Below are positions 47,729 through 58,450 of a stretch of DNA of 64,000 bases, one piece after another (the stretch's first letter is position 1; each line of letters opens with the position of its first letter). The notes below the pieces were generated by a model that saw nothing but the letters and a program-made list of their open reading frames with translations, did no database searches and had not been told where the DNA came from. The position numbers and the translations under genes were made by a program. Location of the stretch: positions 288,001 to 352,000 of the forward strand of contig OZ254086.1 in the NCBI GenBank assembly GCA_965267575.1, read 5' to 3'. The DNA is from Calditrichales bacterium. Lineage in GTDB: Bacteria; Calditrichota; Calditrichia; Calditrichales; J004.

Positions 47729-50700
47729 CTACCTAAGCAAGATCATCTTGCGCACGGCGCGGTAGCCCTGGGCCTCTATGCGGTAGAAGTATGTGCCGGA
47801 AGCTACCTCTCGGCCCAGATGGTCACGGCCGTCCCAGACCACTTCATGCCTCACGCCGGCGGAGTATTTACGGGCATCCAGCAGACGCCGCACGATGGCG
47901 CCGCGGATATCGTAGATAGTCAGATTCACCGGCGCGTTTTCCGCCAGGCTAAAGGCGATCCGCGTAGTGGGGTTAAAGGGATTGGGGTAATTGGGCATAA
48001 GGTTAAACCGCGCGGGCCCCTTCACAAAGGATTTCTCCAGCGTGGTCAGCGTTCCCTGGATCTCGATATTGTCGATGGCCCAGCCCCAACCGTTCACAAA
48101 CGGGTCGGCAAAGAGACGGAAACGGATCAGGATCGTATCACCGGCGCTGAAATGATCCAGTAAATTCAGCTCGTGGTCCACGTAGAGATCAAATTCGCCA
48201 TCCTGGTCGTTTGTGTAGGCATCCAGCCAGGCCTGATCGTAACGGGCATCGTAGCCGTCGGCCAGCGGAATCCAGTCCGCCGCGTTCTTCGTGGCCTCCA
48301 CAACCACGTAATCCCAGAAATCTTCATCACCAAACTGGCTGCCGGATTCACCCGGTTCAATCAGCGCGATGTCGCGGTAGCGCATAAAGGCGTTATCGGC
48401 GCTAACCTTGATCGGGCTGGACAACGTATAGGTAATGCCGCGGTCGTTTTCATAAGGGTGATCGCTGTGAATGGCCCAGTCGCGGTTAAACTTATTGACC
48501 AGTTTGCGTTGAAAGCCCTCGCCGAAGAAATCCTCATCGCCGCCATCGCTGAAGTCATTGGTATAGGTATCGCGCGGGGCGGCCAGAATGTAAAATTCCG
48601 CGTCGCGTTCTTCACTGCGCAAAGGGCGATCGTCTTCATACGAAACCAGCTTCAGGGTGACCGTTTGCGATTCCTGCCCGTCAAAAGGCGCCACGAACGT
48701 GGTATCCCCTTCGGCGGAAGCGCCCAGCGAATAAATCCATACATCATTGGCATACACGCGCGTGGAGTCGTAATTGCCGCGCAGCGAAGCATTGATTTCA
48801 AAACCGGGTAGAGGGTTGTATTGCGCGCTGTTGAAGCGCGGAGATAAAGCTACTTTGGGAGGCTCATAACCGGAAAGCTGCCCCAGGCTGATCGTCCAGA
48901 TGCCGCGGCCGTGTGTCGCCGCCACCACCTGGTCATTGACAATCTTCAGCTCAAAAACCGAAACGTTGGGCAGGTTGCCGGCCAGCGGGTGCCAGCTCGC
49001 GCCATCATCGCTGGATTCAAAAATGCCGATATCCGTTCCCGCCCACAGGATGTCCGTATCGGGGATATCCACCAACGAATAGACCGCCACATCGGGGAAG
49101 CCATTGTTGCTGCTGCTGCCGGAGCCGAAGCCGCTGATGTCTTCCCAGCTGCCGCCCCAGTTGGTCGTGCGCAGAATTTTTGGCCCCTGGGCGTAAGAGA
49201 ATAAGGCATAGGCCGTCTGCTCATCCGTGGAGTGCGTGGCAATACCGCTGATGCGTCCCAGCGGGTTTTCGTTGTAGCCGCTTACCGTGCTAAAGGTGTA
49301 GCCGCCGTCCGTGGACAGATAGAGGCGATCGTTGCTGTTAAAGTTGCGCCCTGCCCAAATGGTTTGCGGGTTGGCCGTAGAGATTTCGATATGGGTAAAA
49401 CTGCTGGTGCCGACCCAGCCGGCGGGACTGGCCACAAGCTCCCAGCTGCTGCCAAAATCGGCCGAGCGGTAAATGCCGGAAGCCCCCGCCGCAAAAACCA
49501 CATCCGGGTCCTGCTGCGATCCGGCGATCTTGGTGTAAAAAGGCGCGTTGCCGCTGCCCGTTTCAAGGCCAATCGTGGCGGAACTAAACGACTGCCCGCC
49601 ATCGCTGGATTTGGAGATGCCGTTAAACTGGCTGGAGGCCAGGATCAGGTCGGGGTTCGTGTAATGCCAGACGGTCTGGAATCCATCGCCGCCTTTGCGC
49701 ACAATCCAGTTGGAGCCGGCATCCGCATCAACACCGGCCGGCGACTGGTACGTATTGTTGTCCTGCATGCCGCCAATGTATTCGCTGGCGCCGTTTTTCT
49801 TATCCACGCCGTAAAACTGCGAGGTGTTGTAGCCGTTTTCCGTGTGGCTGAATGTGCTGCCGCCATTATCCGAGTAAGAGACGCCACCGTCATTACAAAC
49901 AATCATGCGGTAGCTTTGCGATGCCGAATCGGTTACGACCATGACGATATTATGCTGGTCAACATGCACGCCCTTGCTGCTGCCGCCAAATTGCCCGTAT
50001 CCGTCGGTTACAACCGTTGTTTCAATTTTGTCATCATTCTCCACATCGATGCGCCACAGGTTTATGCCCCCAACAAAAACGATGTCTTCATCAAAGGGAT
50101 GCACATTGATGGTATTGTCGTACCAGCCCTGGCCGCCCAGCCAGTTGTAGGCGCTGCCGGTTTTTTCCGAGGCTGCCGCCCAGGTCTGACCATAGTCGCG
50201 CGAGATGTAGAGCGTAGCTCCGGTGCCTGACGCACCTCCATCAGCTGAAATATAAAGCCGTGATGGATCGGTGGGCGCCACAGCAATCTCCATCCGCCCA
50301 ACGCCGCTGAACGGCGCGGAAACGAGGCTCCAGCTTTCACCGCCGTCCTCAGAGCGCGCCACGCCCGTGCCCTTAACCGTGGCATATTGCCGGCTGAAAT
50401 CGGTCGGGTCGGCGATAAGGTGCTCTATGCGACTGCTGTTGCTGTATTCTTTGCTCCAGTTTGCACCGCCATCTGTGCTTTTCCAGATACCGGAAGAAGA
50501 GGCCGTGGAGCTGTTGTGGTTAAATCCGGCGGCCGTGGAAGCCAGAATGATATTTTCATTATCCGGGTCGATGGCCAGCCGCGTCACATTCTGGAAATCC
50601 AGATTGGAGGTGCTTTGCAGCAGTTGCCAGCTGGCGCCGCGATCCGTTGTTTTCCAGATGCCGCTGCCGTCAACCTGGTCCACGTTGCCAAAGCCCTCGC

Positions 50701-51292
50701 CTGTTCCCACGTACATCACATCGGGATTGGATGGCGCCTGCACGATCGCACTGGTGGCAAAATTGCCCAGATCCGGCGTCATTAGCGTCCAGCTTTGGCC
50801 GGCATCCGTTGTTTTCCACACCCCGCCGCCAACCGAACCGGCATAAAAGGTGCCGGCCGTCGGATCATCGGCATCCACAACCAGGCCGCGCGTGCGTCCC
50901 GAAACATTGCCCGGTCCGCGCTCCACCCACGTAGCCAATCCGCTGCTTTTTTGCAGTGTGCTTTTGCGCTGCTGCCACTCGGCGATGCTGCTCACATTAT
51001 AGGCCTTCAGCAACTCGCTAACGCGATAATTGAAAGGATATGCCGGCCCGCCCTCGCGGTAACGAATGCCATAAAGGTATTCATAAAATTTATCCGGGGC
51101 ATCCATCCGCAGCATGCCTTTTACGCGCTGCTTGCGTTGGGCAACTGCCTCATCCGCCTGCGCTTTCTTTTCGATCGCCGCCTTGCGGATAGTGGCATCA
51201 TCGCTAATAACCGGTGCTTTGGTCAGAATATGCTGCAGGCCGGTAAAAGCCGCGGCAAGGATGATCAGCGTGATAAACAGACGCTTGGCCAT
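47729..51292 (-). CDS. BNR/sortilin-type beta-propeller protein (glycosyl hydrolase-like) with FlgD-like C-terminal sorting domain
   Basis: Many (S/T)xDGGxSW Asp-boxes; [20 protein letters not shown]. Confidence 0.85.
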   Translation of the reverse strand: MAKRLFITLIILAAAFTGLQHILTKAPVISDDATIRKAAIEKKAQADEAVAQRKQRVKGMLRMDAPDKFYEYLYGIRYREGGPAYPFNYRVSELLKAYNVSSIAEWQQRKSTLQKSSGLATWVERGPGNVSGRTRGLVVDADDPTAGTFYAGSVGGGVWKTTDAGQSWTLMTPDLGNFATSAIVQAPSNPDVMYVGTGEGFGNVDQVDGSGIWKTTDRGASWQLLQSTSNLDFQNVTRLAIDPDNENIILASTAAGFNHNSSTASSSGIWKSTDGGANWSKEYSNSSRIEHLIADPTDFSRQYATVKGTGVARSEDGGESWSLVSAPFSGVGRMEIAVAPTDPSRLYISADGGASGTGATLYISRDYGQTWAAASEKTGSAYNWLGGQGWYDNTINVHPFDEDIVFVGGINLWRIDVENDDKIETTVVTDGYGQFGGSSKGVHVDQHNIVMVVTDSASQSYRMIVCNDGGVSYSDNGGSTFSHTENGYNTSQFYGVDKKNGASEYIGGMQDNNTYQSPAGVDADAGSNWIVRKGGDGFQTVWHYTNPDLILASSQFNGISKSSDGGQSFSSATIGLETGSGNAPFYTKIAGSQQDPDVVFAAGASGIYRSADFGSSWELVASPAGWVGTSSFTHIEISTANPQTIWAGRNFNSNDRLYLSTDGGYTFSTVSGYNENPLGRISGIATHSTDEQTAYALFSYAQGPKILRTTNWGGSWEDISGFGSGSSSNNGFPDVAVYSLVDIPDTDILWAGTDIGIFESSDDGASWHPLAGNLPNVSVFELKIVNDQVVAATHGRGIWTISLGQLSGYEPPKVALSPRFNSAQYNPLPGFEINASLRGNYDSTRVYANDVWIYSLGASAEGDTTFVAPFDGQESQTVTLKLVSYEDDRPLRSEERDAEFYILAAPRDTYTNDFSDGGDEDFFGEGFQRKLVNKFNRDWAIHSDHPYENDRGITYTLSSPIKVSADNAFMRYRDIALIEPGESGSQFGDEDFWDYVVVEATKNAADWIPLADGYDARYDQAWLDAYTNDQDGEFDLYVDHELNLLDHFSAGDTILIRFRLFADPFVNGWGWAIDNIEIQGTLTTLEKSFVKGPARFNLMPNYPNPFNPTTRIAFSLAENAPVNLTIYDIRGAIVRRLLDARKYSAGVRHEVVWDGRDHLGREVASGTYFYRIEAQGYRAVRKMILLR

Positions 51293-51309
51293 GGTATGTC
51301 CTTTCAATG

Positions 51310-51711
51310 TTACAGGGATTTCTTTTTAAGACTATTGCAATCGAAAATATAGCCGTGGGCTTTTGACTCTTTTGCCTCAGATACAATGCCGGGCGTCGTG
51401 CTTACCCGCAGACGGGTGGCGTCAAGCCATTCGACGTTTGCGGAAGCCAGGTTGTCTTCAAAAATGACTTCTCCATTCTCGTGGCTGTAAACGAAAAACT
51501 TAAGAAACGGGTGTGGATTCATTGCGTCCGGTTGCGGCTGTTCAATCACGATGGAAAAGCTGCTGTCGGCATTGGGCATAATCGTGGTTGGCTGCATGGA
51601 GCGTGCCGCGGCTGATTGCTCAATAGCCCCGCGGGCATCTGTTTGGACCTGCCGCGTGCAGCAAGCGGCAATCACAAAAACGATGACAACAAAAAGCACA
51701 TGACGGTGCAT
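51310..51711 (-). CDS. putative lipoprotein
   Basis: MHRHVLFVVIVFVIAAC lipobox-like; GGAG RBS. Confidence 0.65.
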   Translation of the reverse strand: MHRHVLFVVIVFVIAACCTRQVQTDARGAIEQSAAARSMQPTTIMPNADSSFSIVIEQPQPDAMNPHPFLKFFVYSHENGEVIFEDNLASANVEWLDATRLRVSTTPGIVSEAKESKAHGYIFDCNSLKKKSL

Positions 51712-51805
51712 GATATCTTCTCCGTAAAAAAAGGCAATATCTTTAATTTTTAAGAATATGCCAATTCTTTTTATATTCTGCGCTTCGCCAAAAAAGGACC
51801 TGCTC

Positions 51806-52693
51806 ATGTTTCCCTATGCCGGAGAAATCGGCGCGCTCACATCGGCCCTGTTCTGGGCATCCGCTTCCGCTGTTTACGGCGTCTACGTGCGACGCATTCA
51901 CCCGCTGGTTTTAAATTTTGCCAAAGGCATGCTGGCAGCGCTTATGCTGGCCGCGACGGCCTGGCTGCTGGGTATGCCGCTGTACAGCTGGAACGATGCC
52001 TACCGTCCTGTTTTGCTGCTTATCAGCGGTATGCTTGGTCTTGGCATTGGCGATACCATTTACTTTGCGGCGCTTAAACACGTCAGCGCCCGAATTTCTT
52101 TATTGATCCAGATGCTGACCCCGCCGCTTACGGCTCTTATCGCCTGGATCTTTATCGGCGAAGCGCTGAGCTGGCAGGCGTGGCTGGGTATTTTCATCAC
52201 CATCGCCGGCATAAGCTGGGTGGTGAATGAACGCGCCCCGCAGCAGCAGCAACAGGGCTCAAAAGCCCGCGGGGTGGTTTACAACATCATCGCCTCGGTT
52301 GCCGCGGCCGTCGGCACCGTGCTGGCCCGCGTCGCCATGAGCGACATGAGCTCCGACCCGATGCAGGCCACGTTCCTGCGGCTGATCGGCGGCAATGTGT
52401 TTTTGGTTGCCGGTTTTGTCTGGTTGTGGCGCCGGAACAAGAGCGCGGCCTTTCCCGCCATCCCGGCCAAAACCGGCTGGATCATTACCGCCGCCGTCTT
52501 CTTTGGCACCTTCCTCAGCATTTGGTTGCAGCAGATTGCCCTGCAGCGTGTGGAAGCAGGCCTGGCCCAAACGTTGTTCAGCACCAGCCCGTTGTTTGTA
52601 ATACCTATAAGCGCGATGATGGGTGAAAAAGTGACCTGGCGCGCGGTAGCCGGAGCATTGGTCGCCATCGGTGGGATTGCGTTGCTTTTTTAG
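51806..52693 (+). CDS. DMT/EamA family transporter
   Basis: Two hydrophobic EamA repeats; GIGDTIYF, GEKVTWR. Confidence 0.88.
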   Translation: MFPYAGEIGALTSALFWASASAVYGVYVRRIHPLVLNFAKGMLAALMLAATAWLLGMPLYSWNDAYRPVLLLISGMLGLGIGDTIYFAALKHVSARISLLIQMLTPPLTALIAWIFIGEALSWQAWLGIFITIAGISWVVNERAPQQQQQGSKARGVVYNIIASVAAAVGTVLARVAMSDMSSDPMQATFLRLIGGNVFLVAGFVWLWRRNKSAAFPAIPAKTGWIITAAVFFGTFLSIWLQQIALQRVEAGLAQTLFSTSPLFVIPISAMMGEKVTWRAVAGALVAIGGIALLF

Positions 52694-52706
52694 AGATAGA
52701 AGATTG

Positions 52707-52738
52707 TGTTCAGGTGTTCAGGTGTTCAGGTGTTCAGG
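52707..52738. repeat. (TGTTCAGG)x4 tandem repeat
   Basis: Four perfect 8-mers between convergent genes. Confidence 0.9.
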
Positions 52739-52791
52739 TAGAATTTGCAGCGGCTCAATTCCCAATTCCCAACTATCAATTCCAAATTTAG

Positions 52792-53880
52792 CTAAAGGCG
52801 CGTAAACATTTTGCCGGCCATTTGACGCACCAGTCCGTTCAGCTCCAGCATCAGCAAAGCGCTCAGGGCTTCGGATGTGGAGATGCCGGCTTTCAAGGCC
52901 AGCTGGTCAATGTGCAGGGCTTCGCCATCCAGAAGCCCGTAGAGGGTTTTGGCGGGTTCATCCAGTTTGGGTTTGGGCTTTACGGGTTCGCTGTTTTGCG
53001 CAATCCTGCCGGATAGTTCACTCATGATATCCGCGGGTCCCTGTACCAGTTTTGCCCCCTGCTTGATCAGTTCGTTGCAGCCGGCGCTTTTGCTGGCATG
53101 GATTGGACCGGGCACGGCAAAAATATCGCGGTTTTGGTCGAGGGCGTACATGGCCGTTAGCAGTGCGCCGCTTTTGGCGCCCGCTTCGGTGATCAGAATG
53201 CCCAGACTCAATCCGCTGATGATGCGGTTACGCTTGGGAAAGTTTCCGGCATCCGGCTTGGTGCCAAAGGGATACTCCGTTACAAACAGGCCGCGTTCCA
53301 GCACGCGCTCATAAAGCTTTTTGTTTTCCGCAGGATAAATGATGTCCAGCCCGTTGCCCAGCACGGCTAATGTTGCCCCGCCCGCATCAACAGTGGCCTG
53401 GTGCGCCAGCGTATCCACGCCCCGGGCAAACCCGCTGAAGACCGCCAGGCCGCCGGCCACCATCTCCCGCGCCATGGTTACGGTAACATTCTTGCCATAA
53501 GGTGAGGGCGTACGCGTGCCGACAATGCCAATGGCATCCAGCAGCATTGTGTTGTAGTGGCCCTTTACAAAAAGAAAAGCGGGCGGATCGTAAATGCTCT
53601 TAAGGCGTTCGGGATAGGCGTCATCCCAGTAGCTGATCAGGTCGGCGTCGTGCAGTTTCAGTAAATCGGTCTGCGATTTCACAAACGCCTCATTCACATC
53701 ATTCTTAATCTTTGAAGCGATTGTCTGGGTGACGCCCCGTATATCCATCAGCTGGCGGACGGGGGCATCCAGCACATTCTGCGCGCTGCCAAAGCGGGAG
53801 ATCAGGCTACGCATACGTGCCGGACCTATACCGGGAATAGAATAGAGAGAAAGTAGTGCTTCGCGATCGTTGGGGTTCAT
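52792..53880 (-). CDS. dprA: DNA-processing protein DprA
   Basis: IVGTR, SGFARGVDTLAH, FPKRNRIISGLS. Confidence 0.95.
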   Translation of the reverse strand: MNPNDREALLSLYSIPGIGPARMRSLISRFGSAQNVLDAPVRQLMDIRGVTQTIASKIKNDVNEAFVKSQTDLLKLHDADLISYWDDAYPERLKSIYDPPAFLFVKGHYNTMLLDAIGIVGTRTPSPYGKNVTVTMAREMVAGGLAVFSGFARGVDTLAHQATVDAGGATLAVLGNGLDIIYPAENKKLYERVLERGLFVTEYPFGTKPDAGNFPKRNRIISGLSLGILITEAGAKSGALLTAMYALDQNRDIFAVPGPIHASKSAGCNELIKQGAKLVQGPADIMSELSGRIAQNSEPVKPKPKLDEPAKTLYGLLDGEALHIDQLALKAGISTSEALSALLMLELNGLVRQMAGKMFTRL

Positions 53881-54884
53881 TCAGAATTTTCCGCTGTCGG
53901 TTCTTCCAGTGCTTCGGCCTTTTGGATCAGGCTGAACAAAGCGTCTTTAAGACGATCCAGATTGTGGCCCGTGGCGGCGGATATTTTTACAACCGTTTCC
54001 GCTTTGTCGTCTTTAATCTCAAGCTCATCGCCGGCGATATCGGTTTTGTTGAGAATAACCAACGAAGGTTTTTGCGCCAGTAGCGCGCTGTAGTTTTTAA
54101 GCTCATCACGCAGGGTTTCCAGCTGTTGCTGAGGCTCTTCTTCGGTTATGTCCAGAATAAAGGCCAGCGCGCGTGTTCTCTCGATGTGCCGCAAGAACTG
54201 GTGCCCTAGCCCCTTGCCCTCCGACGCGCCCTCAATAAGGCCGGGTATATCGGCCAGGATAAAGCTTTTAAAATCGCGGTAGCTGACGATGCCCAGGTTG
54301 GGTTCCAGCGTCGTGAACGGGTAGTCGGCAATTTTGGGCCGCGCCGCCGAGAGCCTTGAAAGCAGCGTTGATTTACCTGCGTTTGGAAAGCCTACCAACC
54401 CGATATCGGCGATGCTTTTCAGTTCCAGTTCCAGTTCGCGTTGCTGCCCCTCTTCGCCCACTTCCCATTCGCGCGGGCTGCGGTGTGTCGACGTGGCAAA
54501 ACGGGCATTTCCCCTGCCACCGCGGCCGCCCTTTGCCACAACGCAGCTCTGGCCGTCTTTTGTAAAATCAGCCAGGATTTCCCCACTCTCCGCGTCACGG
54601 AGAACGGTTCCTACGGGCACTTCCAGTTCGATATCCTCTCCTGATTTGCCGTGTCTGTTGGAGCCCATGCCGTGCTGGCCCCGTTTGGCTTTGTACTCAC
54701 GGCGATAGGTGAAATCGCGCAGGGTATGCAAATTCTTGTTGGCCTTTATAATAATGCTGCCGCCCCGGCCGCCGTCGCCACCGTCGGGACCGCCTTTTTC
54801 AACAAATTTTTCCCTGTGAAAACTCATGCAGCCGCTGCCGCCGTTTCCGGCGATCACACGTACTTTTACAAAATCTATAAACAT
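53877..54884 (-). CDS. obgE: GTPase Obg
   Basis: Gly-rich Obg fold; GFPNAGKS, YPFTTL, DIPG, NKTD. Confidence 0.96.
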   Translation of the reverse strand: MFIDFVKVRVIAGNGGSGCMSFHREKFVEKGGPDGGDGGRGGSIIIKANKNLHTLRDFTYRREYKAKRGQHGMGSNRHGKSGEDIELEVPVGTVLRDAESGEILADFTKDGQSCVVAKGGRGGRGNARFATSTHRSPREWEVGEEGQQRELELELKSIADIGLVGFPNAGKSTLLSRLSAARPKIADYPFTTLEPNLGIVSYRDFKSFILADIPGLIEGASEGKGLGHQFLRHIERTRALAFILDITEEEPQQQLETLRDELKNYSALLAQKPSLVILNKTDIAGDELEIKDDKAETVVKISAATGHNLDRLKDALFSLIQKAEALEEPTAENSE

Positions 54885-54970
54885 TGGAATGTCTCAAAAT
54901 GTCAGCGTTAAATAACCGGGGCTTAAGATACGATTTTCAAAAGCCCCGTCAAAGAGGAAGGAAGGAGCGT

Positions 54971-55915
54971 CTAGTTGATAGACCCCTGTAAACCAAAACG
55001 ATGCGTATTGCCTAGCAAGGTGTAATTGGAATAAGCATAGTCAAAACGGATATCACCAAATTCGATGCCCAGCCCGCCGGACAATCCGCCGAATTCACTT
55101 TCCTGCAACGTGCTTAAATCCTGGTGCAGTTTATTATCATAACCCAGCCGCAAACGCAGCGATTCGCTGAGCCGGAATTCCCCGCCTATGGAAAAGCGCT
55201 TTAAACGGTCGATTTCATTCTCGGCGTCGATGTTTATGTCGGTTAAACTGAGGCTGATTTCCAGCGGCAGATGCGCCAGCTGCTTGGAAACACCCAGACG
55301 CATGCTCAGCGGCAGGCTCTCTTTGGTGCTGTTGTAGTAGCTTACCATTTGGCCCACGTTCTGCAAGGCGAAACCAAAATAGAGATCTTCCTGGAAGGGG
55401 GCCTTGTAAAGCAGACCAAAGTCGAAAGCAACCGCCGAAGCGTTGACGTTTTCTATTTTGGAGAAGGCATACTTGAGCGTAACACCATAGCTGAATTGTT
55501 CACTCAGGTGGCTGCCGAGACTTACGGACAACGCCACGTCATTGGCGCTGAAAGATCCCGTTTCCTGGGCATACTCGTCGGTGGCCTTAAAATTCCCATA
55601 GTCAACGTAGGTAATGGCGCCGGTCAGATAGCCGTCGAAAAAAGGCAGCCTTTGGCCATAGGCCACATAGCCACCAGAGATATCCAGCAGGTAGCTGGTG
55701 TAATTGGCCACATAGCGCCGGCCTTCGGCATAGGCCATCCCCGCGGGATTAACGTGGATTGAGCCAATATCGCCGCGCAGCGTGGTGAAAGCATTGGAAG
55801 CGCCTGCCGTACGCGGGTTAAAGTCGGTTTGTAAAAACGGAAAAGCACTTGTTAGTCCGTTTACGGCCCACAGCGGGCAACTGGCTAAAAGTAGCAGGAA
55901 AATAGCTTTTCTCAT
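54971..55915 (-). CDS. PorV/PorQ-family outer-membrane protein
   Basis: Signal peptide; FL...PR..G..AF, NPAG motif; beta-barrel pattern. Confidence 0.72.
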   Translation of the reverse strand: MRKAIFLLLLASCPLWAVNGLTSAFPFLQTDFNPRTAGASNAFTTLRGDIGSIHVNPAGMAYAEGRRYVANYTSYLLDISGGYVAYGQRLPFFDGYLTGAITYVDYGNFKATDEYAQETGSFSANDVALSVSLGSHLSEQFSYGVTLKYAFSKIENVNASAVAFDFGLLYKAPFQEDLYFGFALQNVGQMVSYYNSTKESLPLSMRLGVSKQLAHLPLEISLSLTDINIDAENEIDRLKRFSIGGEFRLSESLRLRLGYDNKLHQDLSTLQESEFGGLSGGLGIEFGDIRFDYAYSNYTLLGNTHRFGLQGSIN

Positions 55916-55926
55916 ATTCCCTTCCA

Positions 55927-56781
55927 TTAAAAAGATGGTCCCGGTGCAGCGCTGTGCTGAACCAGAAACTGCTCAAAGTCAACGCGCTGGACGCTGCTAA
56001 GTTTCTCACCCAGAAAACGCGATCCTATCTCGGCAAATTTCTGCGGGATGTCGCTGACGAAGAAGTAATCGTCAGCAAGGCGCGGACCTTTATGTAACAG
56101 GTCATGCTGTTGCAGCGCTTCCTTAACATAAACGGCGGTTTCATGCCCGGAATCGATCAGCGCCACCTGCTCCCCGGCCAGCTTGCGTATGGCCGGTTTA
56201 AGCAAGGGATAGTGCGTACAGCCAAGAACCAGCGTATCCACCGGTATGTTTAGCAAATCACCCAGATAGCGTTTCAGTGTGAGATCGGTTATGTCGTCTT
56301 CCAACCAGCCTTCTTCCACTAGCGGCACAAGCAACGGGCAGGCCTGCTGGTCCACCAGTACATCACGGCCTGCGGCTTTTTCAACGATCGTTTTTTTGTA
56401 AGCCTTGCTGTTAATGGTAGCCGTAGTGCCGATAACGCCGATCTTGCCGCTGCGGCTTTCACGCAGGGCGGCCAGCGCACCGGGCAGAACAACGCCTACA
56501 ACCGGAACGGGCAGCTCTTTTTGCAGGGTATCGATGGCCAGGGCTGAGGCCGTGTTACAGGCAACAACGATCAGCTTTACCTTGTACTGCATCAGGAAAG
56601 CGGCATCTTCCAGGGCGTACTGCGTTACCAGTGCCGCCGATTTTGTGCCATAGGGAATGCGCGCCGTGTCGCCGAAGTAGATAAGCTGCTCATCGGGTAA
56701 AACGCGGCGCAGCTCTTTTAAAACGGTCAATCCGCCAATGCCCGAATCAAAAATACCAATGGGTTTATCCTTATTCATCAA
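55927..56781 (-). CDS. murI: glutamate racemase
   Basis: FDSGIGG, ACNTAS, LGCTHYP. Confidence 0.96.
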   Translation of the reverse strand: MMNKDKPIGIFDSGIGGLTVLKELRRVLPDEQLIYFGDTARIPYGTKSAALVTQYALEDAAFLMQYKVKLIVVACNTASALAIDTLQKELPVPVVGVVLPGALAALRESRSGKIGVIGTTATINSKAYKKTIVEKAAGRDVLVDQQACPLLVPLVEEGWLEDDITDLTLKRYLGDLLNIPVDTLVLGCTHYPLLKPAIRKLAGEQVALIDSGHETAVYVKEALQQHDLLHKGPRLADDYFFVSDIPQKFAEIGSRFLGEKLSSVQRVDFEQFLVQHSAAPGPSF

Positions 56782-58331
56782 ATGGCCGCCTCAATATCGG
56801 CTTTGTATTTCTTTATGCCTTCAAAAACTGCCTGGGCCACCTTTTGCTGCGTGCTTGTTTTCTTAAGCAGATTGGCTTCAATCTTGTTTGAGATAAATCC
56901 CATTTCCACGAGGATGTTGGGCATGGTCGCTCCCACCATCACCCAGAAACGGCCCTGCTTAACGCCACGATCCTTCATCCCCAGCGGTTTTAGTGTGCGG
57001 GCAAAGGAGTTCTGTACCGTGGACGCCAGGTACTGGCTTTGCCGAATGAACGCACTTTGCGCCATCGTGGCAAGGATAAAATTTATACCCTCATACCGCT
57101 TCTGGTCTTGTTCATCCTCGAAACGGATGGAGGCGTTTTCCTTAAGCACCACTTCCTGGGCCTGCTGATTTTTATCTTTATCGGCACTCAGGAAATAGGT
57201 CTCAAATCCTTTGGCGGAGCGGCTTTTGTTGCTGTTACAATGCAGGCTGATAAAAAGCTTGCCTTTTTGCTCATTGGCAATCTTGGTGCGCTGCCACAGC
57301 GGGATAAACTTGTCTGTCCGGCGTGTAAACACGACTTTTACGTCAGGCATCTGTTTGGCCATTATTTTTTCCAGCAGCAAGCCTACGGACAAAACGATTT
57401 CCTTTTCTTTTAAACCGCCATAACCGACGGCACCGGGGTCTTTACCGCCATGGCCGGGATCAATAACGATGGTGTCGATCAGCCATTCCTTTTTCTGCTC
57501 GGCCAGCTCTTCCTGCACATCTTCGCGGTCATGGTCGATTTTATCATCCGTGCGCAGGTTTACGTAGAAATCATTGGAAGAAGGATCAAAAACCAGGTCG
57601 CGCGAGAGGATACTGGTGCGCAGGCGAAACGCCAGCGAGATGAGCTGGTCAAATTCGATCACTTGAATATCGGAGACGATGCCGGCCGTCTGTACCGCTT
57701 CAATGGCCGACTTATCGGCTTTTCCGCCAAACACATCGATATGCAGCCAGCCGTTGGCGACTTTTAACGACACATCCTGTTTGCGGAATTTTTTATTGCT
57801 GTTTACCCGGATGAGCGTCCCGTTCTCCATGGTATCCACCTTGACGCCGGTGATATTCACATTTTTCATGCCCAGCGTCAGGATCATCTCTTTTTCGTCA
57901 AAGCTGAAGGAGTGCGATGTAAAGCTGTTGAAAAGCGCCATCAAAGTCTGCGGCGTTATCAGCAGCTCATTGTGTTCCCAACGGGGAAGGTGTGTTAGCT
58001 GATAAGTGCGATCGTTTAATACCACGAACGGGTTGCCCGCGGTAAAAGTGGCTTTGTCGGATCCGATATAAAGCACGCTTTTCTGCCGCGCTTCGTTGGT
58101 GTAAATGCCCAGGCCGATAGCGTTGACAAAATCCGCCATCGAAAAATAAACCGATCCGTCTATTCTTTTAAAAGTAATCTCTTTCAGAATAGACTGGCCG
58201 CCACGATAGCTTTCAACCATCAGGCCACGGGTCTGCGGCAGAAGGCGCGTTGAAGCAGGCAGCATTATGGGGAGGCTGATGATGCTACCAAAGGTGCTTA
58301 ACAGCAGATCAATGAATTTTCTACGCTGCAT
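56778..58331 (-). CDS. N-acetylmuramoyl-L-alanine amidase (Amidase_3)
   Basis: IDPGHGGKDPGA, ISLHCN, LVEMGFISN; N-terminal RRKF. Confidence 0.92.
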   Translation of the reverse strand: MQRRKFIDLLLSTFGSIISLPIMLPASTRLLPQTRGLMVESYRGGQSILKEITFKRIDGSVYFSMADFVNAIGLGIYTNEARQKSVLYIGSDKATFTAGNPFVVLNDRTYQLTHLPRWEHNELLITPQTLMALFNSFTSHSFSFDEKEMILTLGMKNVNITGVKVDTMENGTLIRVNSNKKFRKQDVSLKVANGWLHIDVFGGKADKSAIEAVQTAGIVSDIQVIEFDQLISLAFRLRTSILSRDLVFDPSSNDFYVNLRTDDKIDHDREDVQEELAEQKKEWLIDTIVIDPGHGGKDPGAVGYGGLKEKEIVLSVGLLLEKIMAKQMPDVKVVFTRRTDKFIPLWQRTKIANEQKGKLFISLHCNSNKSRSAKGFETYFLSADKDKNQQAQEVVLKENASIRFEDEQDQKRYEGINFILATMAQSAFIRQSQYLASTVQNSFARTLKPLGMKDRGVKQGRFWVMVGATMPNILVEMGFISNKIEANLLKKTSTQQKVAQAVFEGIKKYKADIEAAI

Positions 58332-58450
58332 AGGGTGCTATAAATGCTTAATTTACGTACTTTTAAATATTGCTGCTGAAATTAACAAAACAGCCTGTTT
58401 TATTCAACTTTTGACAGCGGTAAAAGCACAAACCATAAATAGGAGAATAG

